Below are positions 1 to 10,304 of a DNA stretch of 64,000 bases, one piece after another (the stretch's first letter is position 1; each line of letters opens with the position of its first letter). The position numbers were made by a program, and so were the translations under genes. This DNA is from an uncultured Gemmatimonadales bacterium (GTDB lineage: Bacteria > Gemmatimonadota > Gemmatimonadetes > Gemmatimonadales > GWC2-71-9). The stretch lies in the NCBI GenBank assembly GCA_963739455.1, contig CAVUAK010000001.1, forward strand, positions 960,001-1,024,000, given 5' to 3'. Under the pieces are notes generated by a model. The model did no database searches. It saw only the letters and a list, made by a program, of their open reading frames with translations, and was not told the DNA's origin.

Positions 1-533
1 CGCCGTGTCGCGGCAGGCCGGAGGTGGAGGACGTGGCCGAGTGCGTTGCGTCACTATCGGCCGCTCGCCTCGATCGCGGCGCCCGGCATGCTCGACGGCG
101 GTGACGTGCTGCGGGTTGGCCGCGTGCTCTACGTGGGCCAGTCCGGCTCGCACGAACGACGAAGGGATCGCGGCAGCTGCGAGGCCACCTGTCGCCGCTC
201 GGGTACGAGGTCCGCGCGGTGCGTCCCACCGGGTGCCTTCATCTCAAGACCGCCGTCACGGCGGTGTCGGACGGTGCCGTGCTCCTCAATCCCGCATGGA
301 TCTCGCCGGGCCTCTTCGATGGGCTCGATATCATCGAGATCGATCCCTCGGAGCCGTTCGCCGCCAATGTCGTGCGCGTCGAGAATGCCGTGCTCACCGC
401 GTCGGCATTTCCCCGCACGCGGCGCATCCTGGAAGACCGCGGCGTCACGGTACACGTCGTCGATGTCTCCGAACTCGCCAAGGCCGAGGGCGCCGTGACC
501 TGCTGCAGCATCCTGCTCAGCGTGGACCGATGA
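1..533 (+). CDS. Dimethylarginine dimethylaminohydrolase (DDAH/amidinotransferase family), 5'-truncated and frameshifted
   Basis: LDGGDVLRVG in ORF 46..498, then CLHLKTAVT, EPFAANV and ELAKAEGAVTCCS in ORF 219..533. Confidence 0.85.
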
Positions 534-892
534 AGCGTCCTCCCCCGGGGAGAGGCAGCATCGTCTACTCCACGGAGCTGGGGCGGATGTGCCCGTCGTG
601 CGGCAAGCCGCTCACCTACTGCGCCTGCAAGCAGGCGAAGGCGCCGATCGGCGACGGCAACGTGCGCGTGGGGCGGGAGACGAAGGGACGGAAGGGCAAG
701 GGCGTCACGATCATCACCGGCGTTCCGCTGGGCGGCACCGAGCTGCAGGCACTGGCGACGCACCTCAAGAAGCGCTGTGGATCGGGCGGGACACTCAAGG
801 ACGGGGTCATCGAGGTGCAAGGTGACCACCGCGACCTCGTGGTGGAGGAACTGCAGAAGCGTGGCTGGAGCGTGAAGCGCTCCGGCGGCTGA
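530..892 (+). CDS. yciH: Translation initiation factor SUI1/YciH family
   Basis: VYSTE, RETKGRKGKGVT, LKKRCGSGGT, IEVQGDHRD. ATG overlaps the upstream stop (ATGA). Confidence 0.93.
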   Translation: MKRPPPGRGSIVYSTELGRMCPSCGKPLTYCACKQAKAPIGDGNVRVGRETKGRKGKGVTIITGVPLGGTELQALATHLKKRCGSGGTLKDGVIEVQGDHRDLVVEELQKRGWSVKRSGG

Positions 893-896
893 CGGG

Positions 897-1553
897 ATGC
901 TCGTACCGCAACTGAACGGCGCCGAAGCGGAACTCACCACCGCCGCCACCGATGCGCTGCTGACGGTGGTGGTGATGGTCGGCATTGCGTGGCTCTGTCG
1001 TGTGGTCCCGCCCTCGACGCGCCGCACATTGTGGGTGCGCGGGCTGGCACTCTTCGCTGTCGCCGGGGCACTTGGCGTGTTCGTGCACGGTTTCGACCTC
1101 GACCCCGGCACACGCACGCTGCTGTGGCAGCCCCTCTACCTCACGCTTGGCTCGGCGCTCGCCTTCTTCAGTGCCGGCGCCATCGGCGACTGGCGCGGCG
1201 ACGCCCACGCGCGACGCGCACTGCCGTTCCTCCTGGCCCTCGCATTCGCGTTCTACCTCCTCACCCGGTTGTCGGGGGGGAAGTTCCTCGTCTTCGTGAT
1301 CTTCGAGGCGGCGGCACTGCTCTTCGCCCTCGGCGTGTACCTGCGTCTCGCATTCAAGGGAAAACCGGGAGCCGCCTTCATGGTGCTCGGGCTGGTGCTG
1401 AGCCTCGCCGGTGGCGTGCTGCAGGCGAGCAGCCTGTCGGTGCATGCCATCTGGGAGTTCAATCACAACGGCCTGTATCACCTGGTGCAGCTCGTCGGCG
1501 TCGCCTTCCTGGTGGCCGGCCTGCGCGGTACGCTGTCGGTCCCACAATCATGA
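897..1553 (+). CDS. Multi-pass membrane protein (DUF6962-like)
   Basis: About 7 hydrophobic segments, TTAATD near N-terminus, FNHNGLYHLVQ near C-terminus. Confidence 0.7.
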   Translation: MLVPQLNGAEAELTTAATDALLTVVVMVGIAWLCRVVPPSTRRTLWVRGLALFAVAGALGVFVHGFDLDPGTRTLLWQPLYLTLGSALAFFSAGAIGDWRGDAHARRALPFLLALAFAFYLLTRLSGGKFLVFVIFEAAALLFALGVYLRLAFKGKPGAAFMVLGLVLSLAGGVLQASSLSVHAIWEFNHNGLYHLVQLVGVAFLVAGLRGTLSVPQS

Positions 1554-2413
1554 CCATCATCTTCGCCACCTGCCGTCACAAGCCCGCGCTCACCCCATCG
1601 GACGAATTGGTCGCGGCGCAGCTCCGTGCACGGGGAGTATCGGTGACCGCGGCACCCTGGGATTCGGTGGTGCCGGCACAACTCGACGAGGTGACGGTGT
1701 GCCTTCGCTCCACCTGGGACTATCACACGCGCAGTGAGGAGTTCCGTCGCTGGATCATGGCGCTGCGGGCGCACGGCGTGCGGGTCGTCAATCCGGCCGA
1801 GACCGTGCTCTGGAACATGGACAAGGAATGTCTCGGCTGGCTCGAGGCGCGAGGCATCACCATCCCGGAAACGCGATGGATCCCGCCCGGAAGCATCGTC
1901 GACGTGCATGCGCTGCTGCGGGAAGCGGGCTGGGAACGGGCCGTGCTCAAGCCACGAGTCTCCGCCACGGCGTACGGCACGCACCTGGTTGGGCCAGGCA
2001 CCGTGCTCGGCGATGAGCAGCTGCTCGCACTCCGGAGCGGTGGTGCGCTCCTTCAGGCGTTCGTGCCCGAGATCCAGTCAGCGGGTGAGATGTCGCTCGT
2101 GTTCATCGACGGCGCCTTCAGTCACGCCGTGATCAAGCGGCCGTCGTCGGGTGATTTTCGGGTGCAGCACGAATTCGGCGGCACCGCCGACCTGGCGGAC
2201 GCGACGGACGCGTCGCGGGATTTCGGGTCACGCGTGCTGGCAGCGATTCCCGTGGTCTGGGCCTACGCCCGCGTGGACGTTGTCGTCACCGGCCTTGGGC
2301 CGTTACTGATGGAGCTGGAGTTGATCGAACCCGATCTCTTCTTCACCTTTCACCCGGACGGTGCCAGTCGGCTTGGCAATGCCCTTCTTCGCGCAGGGGG
2401 ACGTCATGACTGA
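1550..2413 (+). CDS. Stand-alone ATP-grasp protein (RimK/glutathione synthetase-like)
   Basis: RSTWDY, WNMDK, VLKPRVSA, LLQAFVPEI..GEMSL, DFRVQ..GG, LMELELIEP. ATG at 1550 overlaps the upstream stop. Confidence 0.85.
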   Translation: MTIIFATCRHKPALTPSDELVAAQLRARGVSVTAAPWDSVVPAQLDEVTVCLRSTWDYHTRSEEFRRWIMALRAHGVRVVNPAETVLWNMDKECLGWLEARGITIPETRWIPPGSIVDVHALLREAGWERAVLKPRVSATAYGTHLVGPGTVLGDEQLLALRSGGALLQAFVPEIQSAGEMSLVFIDGAFSHAVIKRPSSGDFRVQHEFGGTADLADATDASRDFGSRVLAAIPVVWAYARVDVVVTGLGPLLMELELIEPDLFFTFHPDGASRLGNALLRAGGRHD

Positions 2414-3212
2414 TGCGAATGCCCGGTTCACGGGCTCCATCCCGGCAGCGTATCACGAGTATCTCGGCCCGCTCTTCTTCCAGCCATACGCGGACGACCT
2501 GGCGACACGCGTGGCGGCGCATGCTCCGCTCGACATACTCGAGGTCGCGTGTGGCACCGGCATCGTCACCTCTGCGCTGGGTGCCGCGCTGCCACGGGTC
2601 ACCCTCATCGCGACCGACCTCAACGACGCGATGATCGACTTTGCCCGCGGCGTGGTCCCGGCCAGGCCGCAGCTCTCATGGCGTCAGGCCGACGCCTGTG
2701 CCCTGCCGTTCGAGGATGCCCAGTTCGACGTCGTCACCTGCCAGTTCGGGCTCATGTTCGTTCCCGACAAGCTCCTGGCCATGACGGAAGCGCGGCGCGT
2801 GCTGCGCCCCGGGGGCTGGTTCCTCTTCAATGTCTGGGATTCGCTGGGAACAAACCCGTCGGCCAGTACCACGAAGGACGCGGTGACGGGACTCTTCCCT
2901 GACAATCCCCCCACGTTCTATGACGTGCCGTTCGGATTTCATGACCGGAGCTTGCTTCGCCAGCTGCTGACCGAGGCGGGATTCCGCGACATCGCGCTGG
3001 ACACGGTGACCCTCGAGGCGCGCGCGCCGAGCGCGCATCATGCGGCTACCGGACTCGTCACCGGCAGCCCGGCACTCACCGCGATTCAGGAACGAGGCGT
3101 GACTGATCCGGGGCCCGTGATTGCCACCGTCGCGGATGCCCTCGCGAAGCAGGGCGGGGCGGCGCCCTTCACAGTTCCCATGCAGGCAATCGTGGTCTCG
3201 GCCCGCGCCTGA
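2406..3212 (+). CDS. Class I SAM-dependent methyltransferase
   Basis: ILEVACGTG, ADACALPF, CQFGLMF, RRVLRPGG. Confidence 0.9.
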   Translation: MTDANARFTGSIPAAYHEYLGPLFFQPYADDLATRVAAHAPLDILEVACGTGIVTSALGAALPRVTLIATDLNDAMIDFARGVVPARPQLSWRQADACALPFEDAQFDVVTCQFGLMFVPDKLLAMTEARRVLRPGGWFLFNVWDSLGTNPSASTTKDAVTGLFPDNPPTFYDVPFGFHDRSLLRQLLTEAGFRDIALDTVTLEARAPSAHHAATGLVTGSPALTAIQERGVTDPGPVIATVADALAKQGGAAPFTVPMQAIVVSARA

Positions 3213-3320
3213 ATGACGGGTCGCCCCTCGCGAAAGGGGCCCGAACCAACGACCTTACCGCGGAGCAGCGGCGCCGGATTGTCCGATCGCCGGCCCGTTT
3301 TCAACGAACAAGGATTCATC

Positions 3321-4715
3321 GTGCCTTTCAGTAGCCTCAAGCTTCACCCCAGCCTCCTCCAGGGCGTGAAGGAACTCGGCTTCACCCGCGCCACCCCGAT
3401 CCAGGAAGCAGCGATCCCGCCGGCCATGGAAGGCCGCGATATCCTCGCCTGCGCGATGACCGGCAGCGGCAAGACCGCGGCATTCATCCTCCCGATCGTG
3501 CACCAGCTCATCGATCGCCCTCGCGGCACGACACGCGCCCTCGTGCTCACGCCCACGCGAGAGCTCGCGGCACAGATCTACGAGGACTTGAAGGACTTGG
3601 CTGTGCATACGCCGATTTCCGGCGCCGCCGTGTTCGGTGGCGTCGGCATGGGTCCGCAGGAGCATGCCTTCCGGAGCGGAGTGGACGTAATCATCGCCAC
3701 GCCGGGGCGCCTGCTCGATCATTTCCGCCAGCCGTACGCGAAGCTGGCCGGTCTCGAGTACCTCGTGCTGGATGAAGCCGACCGGATGCTCGACATGGGC
3801 TTCCTCCCCGACATCAAGAAGGTGCTGCGGCACCTTCCGCCCAAGCGGCAGACCTTCTTCTTCAGCGCCACCATGCCTGCCCCGATCGGCGTCCTCGCGA
3901 AGGAGATGCTGAAGACGCCCTTCACCATCAACGTCGAGCGGCAGTCTGCGCCGGCCGTGGGCATCACGCAGGCCGTCTATCCGGTGGCGCAGGAGCTGAA
4001 GGGCGCCCTCTTCCTGGCGCTGCTCAAGCGCGGCGAGATGAAGGAGGCGCTGGTCTTCACCCGCACCAAGCATCGCGCCAACCGGCTGGCCGACTACCTG
4101 GTGAAGCAGGGCATCAAGGCGGCGCGGATCCATGGCAACCGGTCGCAGGCACAGCGCACCGATGCGCTCGCCGGCTTCAAGGACGGGCGCTATCGTGTGC
4201 TCGTGGCCACCGACATCGCGGCGCGAGGCATCGACATCGAGGAGCTGGGTCACGTCGTCAACTTCGACGTGCCGCTCGCGTCGGAGGACTACATCCATCG
4301 CGTCGGCCGCACGGCACGCGCGTCGGCCACCGGCGACGCCTTCACCTTCGTGTCACCGCAGGAAGAGGGCGAGCTCCGGAACATCGAGCGCGCGGTCGGA
4401 AAGCGCCTGCCGCGCGTTACCGTCCCCGATTTCGACTACTCGGCCAAGCCGGAAGGACAGCTCGAAATCCCGCTCGCCGAGCGCATCGCCGTCATCCGCG
4501 CCAAGAAGGCGGAGGACCGGGCGCGTGCCAAGGCGAAGGAGGCGCGCAGGGCAGCAGGTGGCAATCCTGGTGGCAACAGCGGCGGCGGTGGTCGCAGTGG
4601 CGGCGGCCGCCCCGGTGCACCCGGGAGCGGCCGGAGTGGCGGGAGTGGCTCAGGTGGCCCGTCGCGCGGCGGCGGCGCGCCCCGGCGTGGTGGCGGTGGG
4701 CATCGCGGCGGCTGA
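3321..4715 (+). CDS. rhlE: DEAD-box RNA helicase (RhlE-like) with Gly/Arg-rich tail
   Basis: TGSGKT, PTRELA, TPGRL, DEAD, SAT, ARGID, HRVGRTAR. GTG at 3321 follows AAGGA. Confidence 0.9.
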   Translation: MPFSSLKLHPSLLQGVKELGFTRATPIQEAAIPPAMEGRDILACAMTGSGKTAAFILPIVHQLIDRPRGTTRALVLTPTRELAAQIYEDLKDLAVHTPISGAAVFGGVGMGPQEHAFRSGVDVIIATPGRLLDHFRQPYAKLAGLEYLVLDEADRMLDMGFLPDIKKVLRHLPPKRQTFFFSATMPAPIGVLAKEMLKTPFTINVERQSAPAVGITQAVYPVAQELKGALFLALLKRGEMKEALVFTRTKHRANRLADYLVKQGIKAARIHGNRSQAQRTDALAGFKDGRYRVLVATDIAARGIDIEELGHVVNFDVPLASEDYIHRVGRTARASATGDAFTFVSPQEEGELRNIERAVGKRLPRVTVPDFDYSAKPEGQLEIPLAERIAVIRAKKAEDRARAKAKEARRAAGGNPGGNSGGGGRSGGGRPGAPGSGRSGGSGSGGPSRGGGAPRRGGGGHRGG

Positions 4716-5196
4716 GGCCCGCGCGCTCGGCGCTGTATTGCTGCTCGGCCTTGTTGCGCGACCTGCCATCGCGCAACAGGCGGCCTGGGTCGTGGGACCG
4801 GAGGCAAAGCTCGGCCTCCAGCAACTCTGGGCGACGAGCCTTGGTTTGCGTCGCGAGCAGGTTGCCTGCATTGGCGGCAGCATCACCCCGGACACGGTGC
4901 GCGTGATTCGCCTGCGCCCGGTCGAGGAGTACTCCGACTCCCTCACCGCGTCAGCACAGGCATCGCTTGCCACCTGCTCACCACCCGAGTGGATCGGCAT
5001 GGTCCACTCGCACGTGCGCTCGACCGACGACGACGCGCCCGCCTCGCGCTTCAGCCCTGGTGATCGCGCCGTGATGTCGGAGTGGTCCCAGCGCTGGGGC
5101 GGCCAGGGCGCCTTCTGCATCGTGTACAGTGCGCAGAACCTGCACTGCGAAGTGTATCCGCCACGTCATGCCCGAACCGCCGAGGACAGCAACTGA
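4687..5196 (+). CDS. Putative exported protein with JAB/MPN-like metal motif (start uncertain)
   Basis: Signal-like LGAVLLLGLVARPAIA-QQ, then REQVACI, IGMVHSH and FSPGD. Confidence 0.55.
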   Translation: MVAVGIAAAEARALGAVLLLGLVARPAIAQQAAWVVGPEAKLGLQQLWATSLGLRREQVACIGGSITPDTVRVIRLRPVEEYSDSLTASAQASLATCSPPEWIGMVHSHVRSTDDDAPASRFSPGDRAVMSEWSQRWGGQGAFCIVYSAQNLHCEVYPPRHARTAEDSN

Positions 5197-5984
5197 TGAC
5201 ATGGCTCTACCACAACCTTCCGACCTGGCTGATCGGCGTGCTGATCATCGGGTCATTCGCGGTGCTGGCAGTACTCGGCCTCCTCCTGTTCCGGCGCCTC
5301 ACGCAGGCGCGACTGAACCTCAACGAGGAGATGAACAACGACATCATCTTCTTCGCCTCGGCCATCGGCGTCTTCTACAGCCTCATGGCGGGCTTGATGT
5401 CGGTGGCGGTCTGGGGGAACTACGCGTCGGTGCAGGACATCGTGTCGCAGGAAGCCTCATCCATCGCAGCATTCTACCGGGACGTGACCAGCCTGCCCGA
5501 GCCAGCCCGCAGCAGGCTGCAGGAGCAGCTGCGCGAGTACAACGCGTTCATCATCGAGCAGACCTGGCCTGCCCAGCGCCGCGGCGTCATCCTGGACGAT
5601 GCCACCCGGAAGGTAAACGTCCTCGCTGACAGCCTCTTCGCCTTCAACCCGGCCACGCTGGGCGAGCAGGCGCGCTATGCCGAGACCCTGCGCCAGTTCA
5701 ACCACATGGTCGAGCTCCGCCGGAAGCGCATCAACTCACTCGGTGGCGCCTTGCCGCCGGTGATGTGGGGCATCATGCTGATCGGTGCCGTGCTGAGCCT
5801 CACGGTCACCTACCTGCTCAAGATCGACACGCCGATCCAGGTCATGCTGACGGCGTTCCTCGCGACGTTCATCGGCCTGGTGGTATTCGTGATGGCGGGA
5901 CTGGACAGCCCGCTCAGCGGGCCGCTCGCCATCGAGCCTACCGCATACCAGCTGGTCCAGGACCGGCTCATCAACCTGAAGTAG
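5196..5984 (+). CDS. DUF4239-like membrane protein
   Basis: Four TM segments, IGVFYSLMAG..VAVW, soluble middle region, LDSPLSG near C-terminus. Confidence 0.75.
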   Translation: MTWLYHNLPTWLIGVLIIGSFAVLAVLGLLLFRRLTQARLNLNEEMNNDIIFFASAIGVFYSLMAGLMSVAVWGNYASVQDIVSQEASSIAAFYRDVTSLPEPARSRLQEQLREYNAFIIEQTWPAQRRGVILDDATRKVNVLADSLFAFNPATLGEQARYAETLRQFNHMVELRRKRINSLGGALPPVMWGIMLIGAVLSLTVTYLLKIDTPIQVMLTAFLATFIGLVVFVMAGLDSPLSGPLAIEPTAYQLVQDRLINLK

Positions 5985-5999
5985 CCAGGTCGACCAGGG

Positions 6000-7944
6000 T
6001 CAGCCGGCCAGCGCGCTCAGGGCCTCTACCGCAGCAGTCCAGCGGTTCAGTGCCTCGTCGTGCGCCCGGCGTGTTTCCTTGAGCTCGGCGTCGATCTTCT
6101 TCGCCTTCTTCGTGCCTTCCGCACCACCGCTATACAGGGACGGATCGGCCAGTGCCGACTCCAGCTCGCCAACCCTGGCTTCCAGCCGATGCACTTCCTT
6201 CTCTCTCGCGAGCGCGTCCCGCTCGGCGGTGCGCCGTAGCGACTCGACGTTGCGCTCCGGAGACCTGCGCCGCCTCGGCCTTCGCTGCCTTCCTCTGTGC
6301 CGTGGCCTCGACCTGCGCTGCTGCGCTGCGCCGAGCCGTTCGCTCGGCCGCATGCAGTTCCCACTCGACGAACGGCCCGCCGTAGTCCTCGAGATGCGTG
6401 CCGTCGAAGGCCCACACCCTGGTGGACAGCTCGCGCAGGAAGGCCCGGTCGTGGCTCACGAGGATGACGGTACCCTCGTAGTCCTCGAGCGCGTCTTCCA
6501 CCGCCTCGATCGACTCGACGTCGAGATGGTTGGTCGGCTCGTCGAGGATGAGCAGGTTGGCCCGCGCGAGGGTGATGAGCGCCAGCGCCACGCGGGCGCG
6601 CTCGCCACCGGAGAGCACCGAGGTATTGCGCAGCACCTCGTCACCGGAGAAGCCGAAGGCGCCGAGGTGATTCTGGATCCTTCCGCGCGTCCACTCGGGC
6701 CGGAGGTCGGCGATGCAGTCGTAGATCGTCTTGTCGCGCGGCACCTGCGCCAGGTCCTGGCGAAACCACGCGGCGGAGACGGAACCGCCGAGTCGCGCCT
6801 CACCGCGCGCGGGCTTGCGGTCGCCGAGGAGTGTCGCGAGCAGTGTCGTCTTGCCGGCGCCGTTGGGCCCGACGAGGGCCACCACGTCGCTCCGGCGGGC
6901 CACGGCGGAGAAATCCTTCACCAGCACCCGGTCACCCACCATGACGTCGATCTTCTCGGCGACCAGTGCCTGGTCACCACCGCGCTCGTCGATCTCCAGG
7001 GTGAGTGACATCGCCTCGCCCTCGCCGGGCGGCGGCGAAAGCCGCGGCAGGCGCGACAGCTTCGCGCGGCGCCCCTTCGCCTGGTTGCTCATGCGACCGG
7101 CGATGTTGCGCCGGATGTAGTCCTCTTCCTTGGCGATGACCTTGCGCTGCTGTGCCACGGCGCGCGCGAGGGCCATTTCCCTCTCTGCCTTGAGGGTGAC
7201 GAACTGGGTGTAGCCGCCGCGATACTCGATGGCGGAATTGTTCGACACGTGCAGGATGTGATCGACGGTGTCGTCGAGGAAGGCGCGGTCATGGCTGATG
7301 ACCAGCACCGTCTCGCCGAACTCGCCGAGATACTCCTTGAGCCACTCGATGGTATCAAGGTCGAGATGGTTGGTGGGCTCGTCGAGGAGCACCAGGTCGG
7401 CCGGAGCGGCCAGCTGCGCGGCGAGGCCTACGCGTCCGCGCTCCCCGCCACTCAGCCCGACGACGCCGCGGGTCTTCGATTCCTCGGCGTCGAAGCCAAG
7501 TCCCTGGAGCACCTTGTCTACCCGGGCGTGAAATTCGTAGCCGCCCTGGTGCGCGAAGCGCTCCTGGTCGCGGCCGTAGCGCTCGAGGTCGGCCTCGGTG
7601 ACGCGATCGCCCAGCTCGGCCAGCCGCTCGCCCTGCTGCGCCAGGGAGTGTTCCAGCGCGATCACCTCGCGATACTCCAGTGCTGCCGCATCCCAGACGG
7701 TCGCTGCGGCGCCGAAGTCGCGATGCTGGTCGAGCATGGCGATGCGAAGGTTGGGCTGCTTCGCGATGGCGCCACGGGTGGGCTGCATCAAGCCAGCCAC
7801 GAGCCGGAACAGCGTGGTCTTGCCGGATCCGTTCCGGCCCACGATGCCCCAGCGCTCGCCGGCGGCCACGGTGAAGGTGACGTCCCGGAGCAGCGTGGTA
7901 GCGCCGAACTCCACGGCGACGTCGGACATTGAGAGGATAGTCAC
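6000..7944 (-). CDS. ABC-F family ATPase, frameshifted near 6260
   Basis: Two NBDs (GRNGSGKT/LSGGE/LDEPTNHLD and GPNGAGKT/LSGGE/LDEPTNHLD), no TM. Coiled-coil C-terminus continues in ORF 6000..6353. Confidence 0.92.
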
Positions 7945-8031
7945 GCGCCTAATATGGCGAGGCTTGACTCCCGTCGCGCCTCCCGGCAACTAGCAGTCAC
8001 GAAATCGCCCGATTCCCCATGGAGAAGTGCC

Positions 8032-8532
8032 ATGCCAATTGCCCAGGCGCTGCTGCCCGAGTTCGACCACGAGATGAAGACCACCCGCACCGTGCTCGAG
8101 CGGATCCCGGAGGCAAAGGCCTCCTTCCGGCCGCACCCGAAGTCATTTCCCATGGGTGACCTCGGCTCACATGTCGCGAACCTGCCCGTCTGGGCCACCA
8201 TGACCCTGACACAGGCGGAGTTCGATACGGCACCCCCAGGCAGTCCGCCGCTCAAGGGACCGGGATTCGTGTCGGTGGAGGAGATGCTCCAGCGGTTCGA
8301 CGCCAATGTCGCCCAGGCGCGCGGGAACATCGCCGGCGCTACCGACGCCGACCTCATGGCGATGTGGAGCCTCAAGCGTGCCGGGGCCACCATCTTCACC
8401 CTGCCGCGCGCTGCCGTCCTCCGCTCGATGGTCCTCAGTCACATGATCCACCACCGGGGGCAGCTCACCGTCTACCTCCGCATGTGCGACGTGCCGCTCC
8501 CCCCGGTCTACGGCCCGACGGCCGACGCCTGA
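8032..8532 (+). CDS. DinB family protein
   Basis: EFDHEMKTTR, PHPKS, HMIHHRGQLTVYLR, PPVYGPTAD. Confidence 0.9.
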   Translation: MPIAQALLPEFDHEMKTTRTVLERIPEAKASFRPHPKSFPMGDLGSHVANLPVWATMTLTQAEFDTAPPGSPPLKGPGFVSVEEMLQRFDANVAQARGNIAGATDADLMAMWSLKRAGATIFTLPRAAVLRSMVLSHMIHHRGQLTVYLRMCDVPLPPVYGPTADA

Positions 8533-8550
8533 GCGGCGGGCATCCCGCGC

Positions 8551-9282
8551 ATGCCACTGATCCTGGGCATTCCATTTACCGCCTTTCTCGCAATCGCGGT
8601 CGCGGCATTGTCCAACCGCTTCGGGCTGGACCTTTACTGGGTGCTCGCCGGGCTCTCGGGGCTATGGGCGTGGCGCGACTCGGCGGAGCATGGACTGCAG
8701 CGCTTCGAGCGCATCTTCCCGCTCGAACCTCGTGCAGCGGGGTTCTCCGTCGCATTGGCATGGCCGGTGGCATTCCCCTGGTACCTGAGGCTCCGGTATC
8801 GCGCGTTGAGCGGCCGGATCACCGACCCGCCGCCGCGCCGCCGCGTTCGCGGGCCGCTCATCGCGCTCGGAATCGTTGGCGTCTGCCTCGCGGGATTCCT
8901 GCTCTGGTTTCCCCGCTTCATGGGCAACATCTCCGAGGTCACTTCCAAGGTCGGCGGGATCACCAGCGACCCGGTGGAGATCACCGTCGAAAACGGCCAG
9001 GACCTCACCATTGTCGTGGTGAATAGCAGGATCTCGGCGGATGACGAGGACGCCCAGAGGTTGCAGGCGATGCGCCTGGCGCGCACCGCCCGCGCCGCAT
9101 ACTCCCACCGGCGCGAGTTACGGCTCGTGCGCGTGAGTTATGTGCGCCGCGAGCGGGCCAGCGGCGGCATCGAATCGAGGGTGGAGTCGCAGTTCGAGTG
9201 GCCCGCGAATGAACTCACTGCGGATACCTGGATCACATTGCGGGACACGGGGGCAATTTCCCCGGGGAGCAGGACATCATGA
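8551..9282 (+). CDS. Hypothetical membrane protein
   Basis: Several N-terminal hydrophobic helices, WPVAFPWYL, soluble C-terminal domain. Confidence 0.6.
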   Translation: MPLILGIPFTAFLAIAVAALSNRFGLDLYWVLAGLSGLWAWRDSAEHGLQRFERIFPLEPRAAGFSVALAWPVAFPWYLRLRYRALSGRITDPPPRRRVRGPLIALGIVGVCLAGFLLWFPRFMGNISEVTSKVGGITSDPVEITVENGQDLTIVVVNSRISADDEDAQRLQAMRLARTARAAYSHRRELRLVRVSYVRRERASGGIESRVESQFEWPANELTADTWITLRDTGAISPGSRTS

Positions 9283-9785
9283 AGGCAGCCGTCACGTCCG
9301 TCGCGGCCATCATCGAACGGGAACTTCGCACCCTGCGCGCCCAGCTCGAGGCGTACGGCGATGAGCGGGATCTCTGGCTGCTCGCTCCCGGCATCGCGAA
9401 CCCGTCAGGGGCACTCGCAGCGCACCTGGTCGGCAACCTCCAGTACTACATCGGTACCAAGCTGGGCGGCACCGGCTACGTGCGCGACCGACCCGCCGAG
9501 TTCGCCCGGAGGGACCGGACCCGCGCCGATCTCATCGCTGCGATCGAGGAGACCCGCGCGATTGTCCGGGCCACGCTCGCCTCACTACCGGAGGAGGAGC
9601 TCGATCGTGAGTTCCCCGAGATGGTTGCGGGGGTGCAGCTCACCACCGGCGACTTCCTGATCCACCTCACTGCCCACCTCGGCTATCACCTGGGACAGAT
9701 CGACTCCCATCGTCGGCTGCTCACCGGTGGCGTGGCCGTCCGGGCGGTGCCCATCCCCGAACTGGCGAGTGCCCGCCCCGCCTGA
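9279..9785 (+). CDS. DinB superfamily (DUF1572-like) protein
   Basis: HLVGNL, GYVRDRPAEF, HLGYHLGQI. Confidence 0.85.
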   Translation: MKAAVTSVAAIIERELRTLRAQLEAYGDERDLWLLAPGIANPSGALAAHLVGNLQYYIGTKLGGTGYVRDRPAEFARRDRTRADLIAAIEETRAIVRATLASLPEEELDREFPEMVAGVQLTTGDFLIHLTAHLGYHLGQIDSHRRLLTGGVAVRAVPIPELASARPA

Positions 9786-9875
9786 ACGCCGCCCTGGTCG
9801 AGGCGGGTCCGCAGTAGCGTATCGTGCGCCGAACGCCCAAGTTACGCCTCCCTGTCGCGGAGCTGCCCTGTCCAT

Positions 9876-10301
9876 ATGACCGACCGACCGCTTACGGAAA
9901 AGCTCGGGCTCAAGGGCCAATTGCGCGCGCTGATCCTCAACGCGCCGAAGGGCTACCGCACCCTGCTCGGCCCCTTGCCGCCCGACATCACCGTGAACAC
10001 GAAGCCATCGGGGCGTTATGACTTCGTGCACCTCTTCGTTGCCAATCGCGCCGAGCTGGCCACGTTCGGGCCGGCGGCGCTCGCCGCGGTCAAGCCGGCG
10101 GCGATCTTCTGGATCTCGTACCCGAAACAGGGTGGCGGCATCGAGAGTGACATTTCGCGGGATCACGGCTGGGACCTTGTCAACAGCGCTGGCTACGAAA
10201 CCGTGTCACAGGTTGCTGTCAACGACATCTGGTCGGCGCTGCGTTTCAGGCCTTCCGAGGACGTCGGAAAGCGAAGCCCGGCATCTCGCTCGAACGGTTG
10301 A
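9876..10301 (+). CDS. Conserved hypothetical protein (DUF3052-like)
   Basis: LTEKLGLK, WISYPK, SDISRD, WSALRF. Confidence 0.7.
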   Translation: MTDRPLTEKLGLKGQLRALILNAPKGYRTLLGPLPPDITVNTKPSGRYDFVHLFVANRAELATFGPAALAAVKPAAIFWISYPKQGGGIESDISRDHGWDLVNSAGYETVSQVAVNDIWSALRFRPSEDVGKRSPASRSNG

Positions 10302-10304
10302 AAC

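Noticed and set aside
1550..2413. D-cycloserine (DcsG-like) or RiPP biosynthetic cluster
   Set aside because: No other dcs genes and no precursor peptide nearby; this ATP-grasp type often stands alone
4132..4686. Long dual-coding overlap with the helicase
   Set aside because: This part of ORF 4132..5196 is an Arg/Ser-rich shadow frame; only the region from about 4687 looks like protein
6000..7944. Antibiotic-resistance ABC-F
   Set aside because: The architecture fits housekeeping ABC-F proteins, and no leader peptide or mobile context is visible
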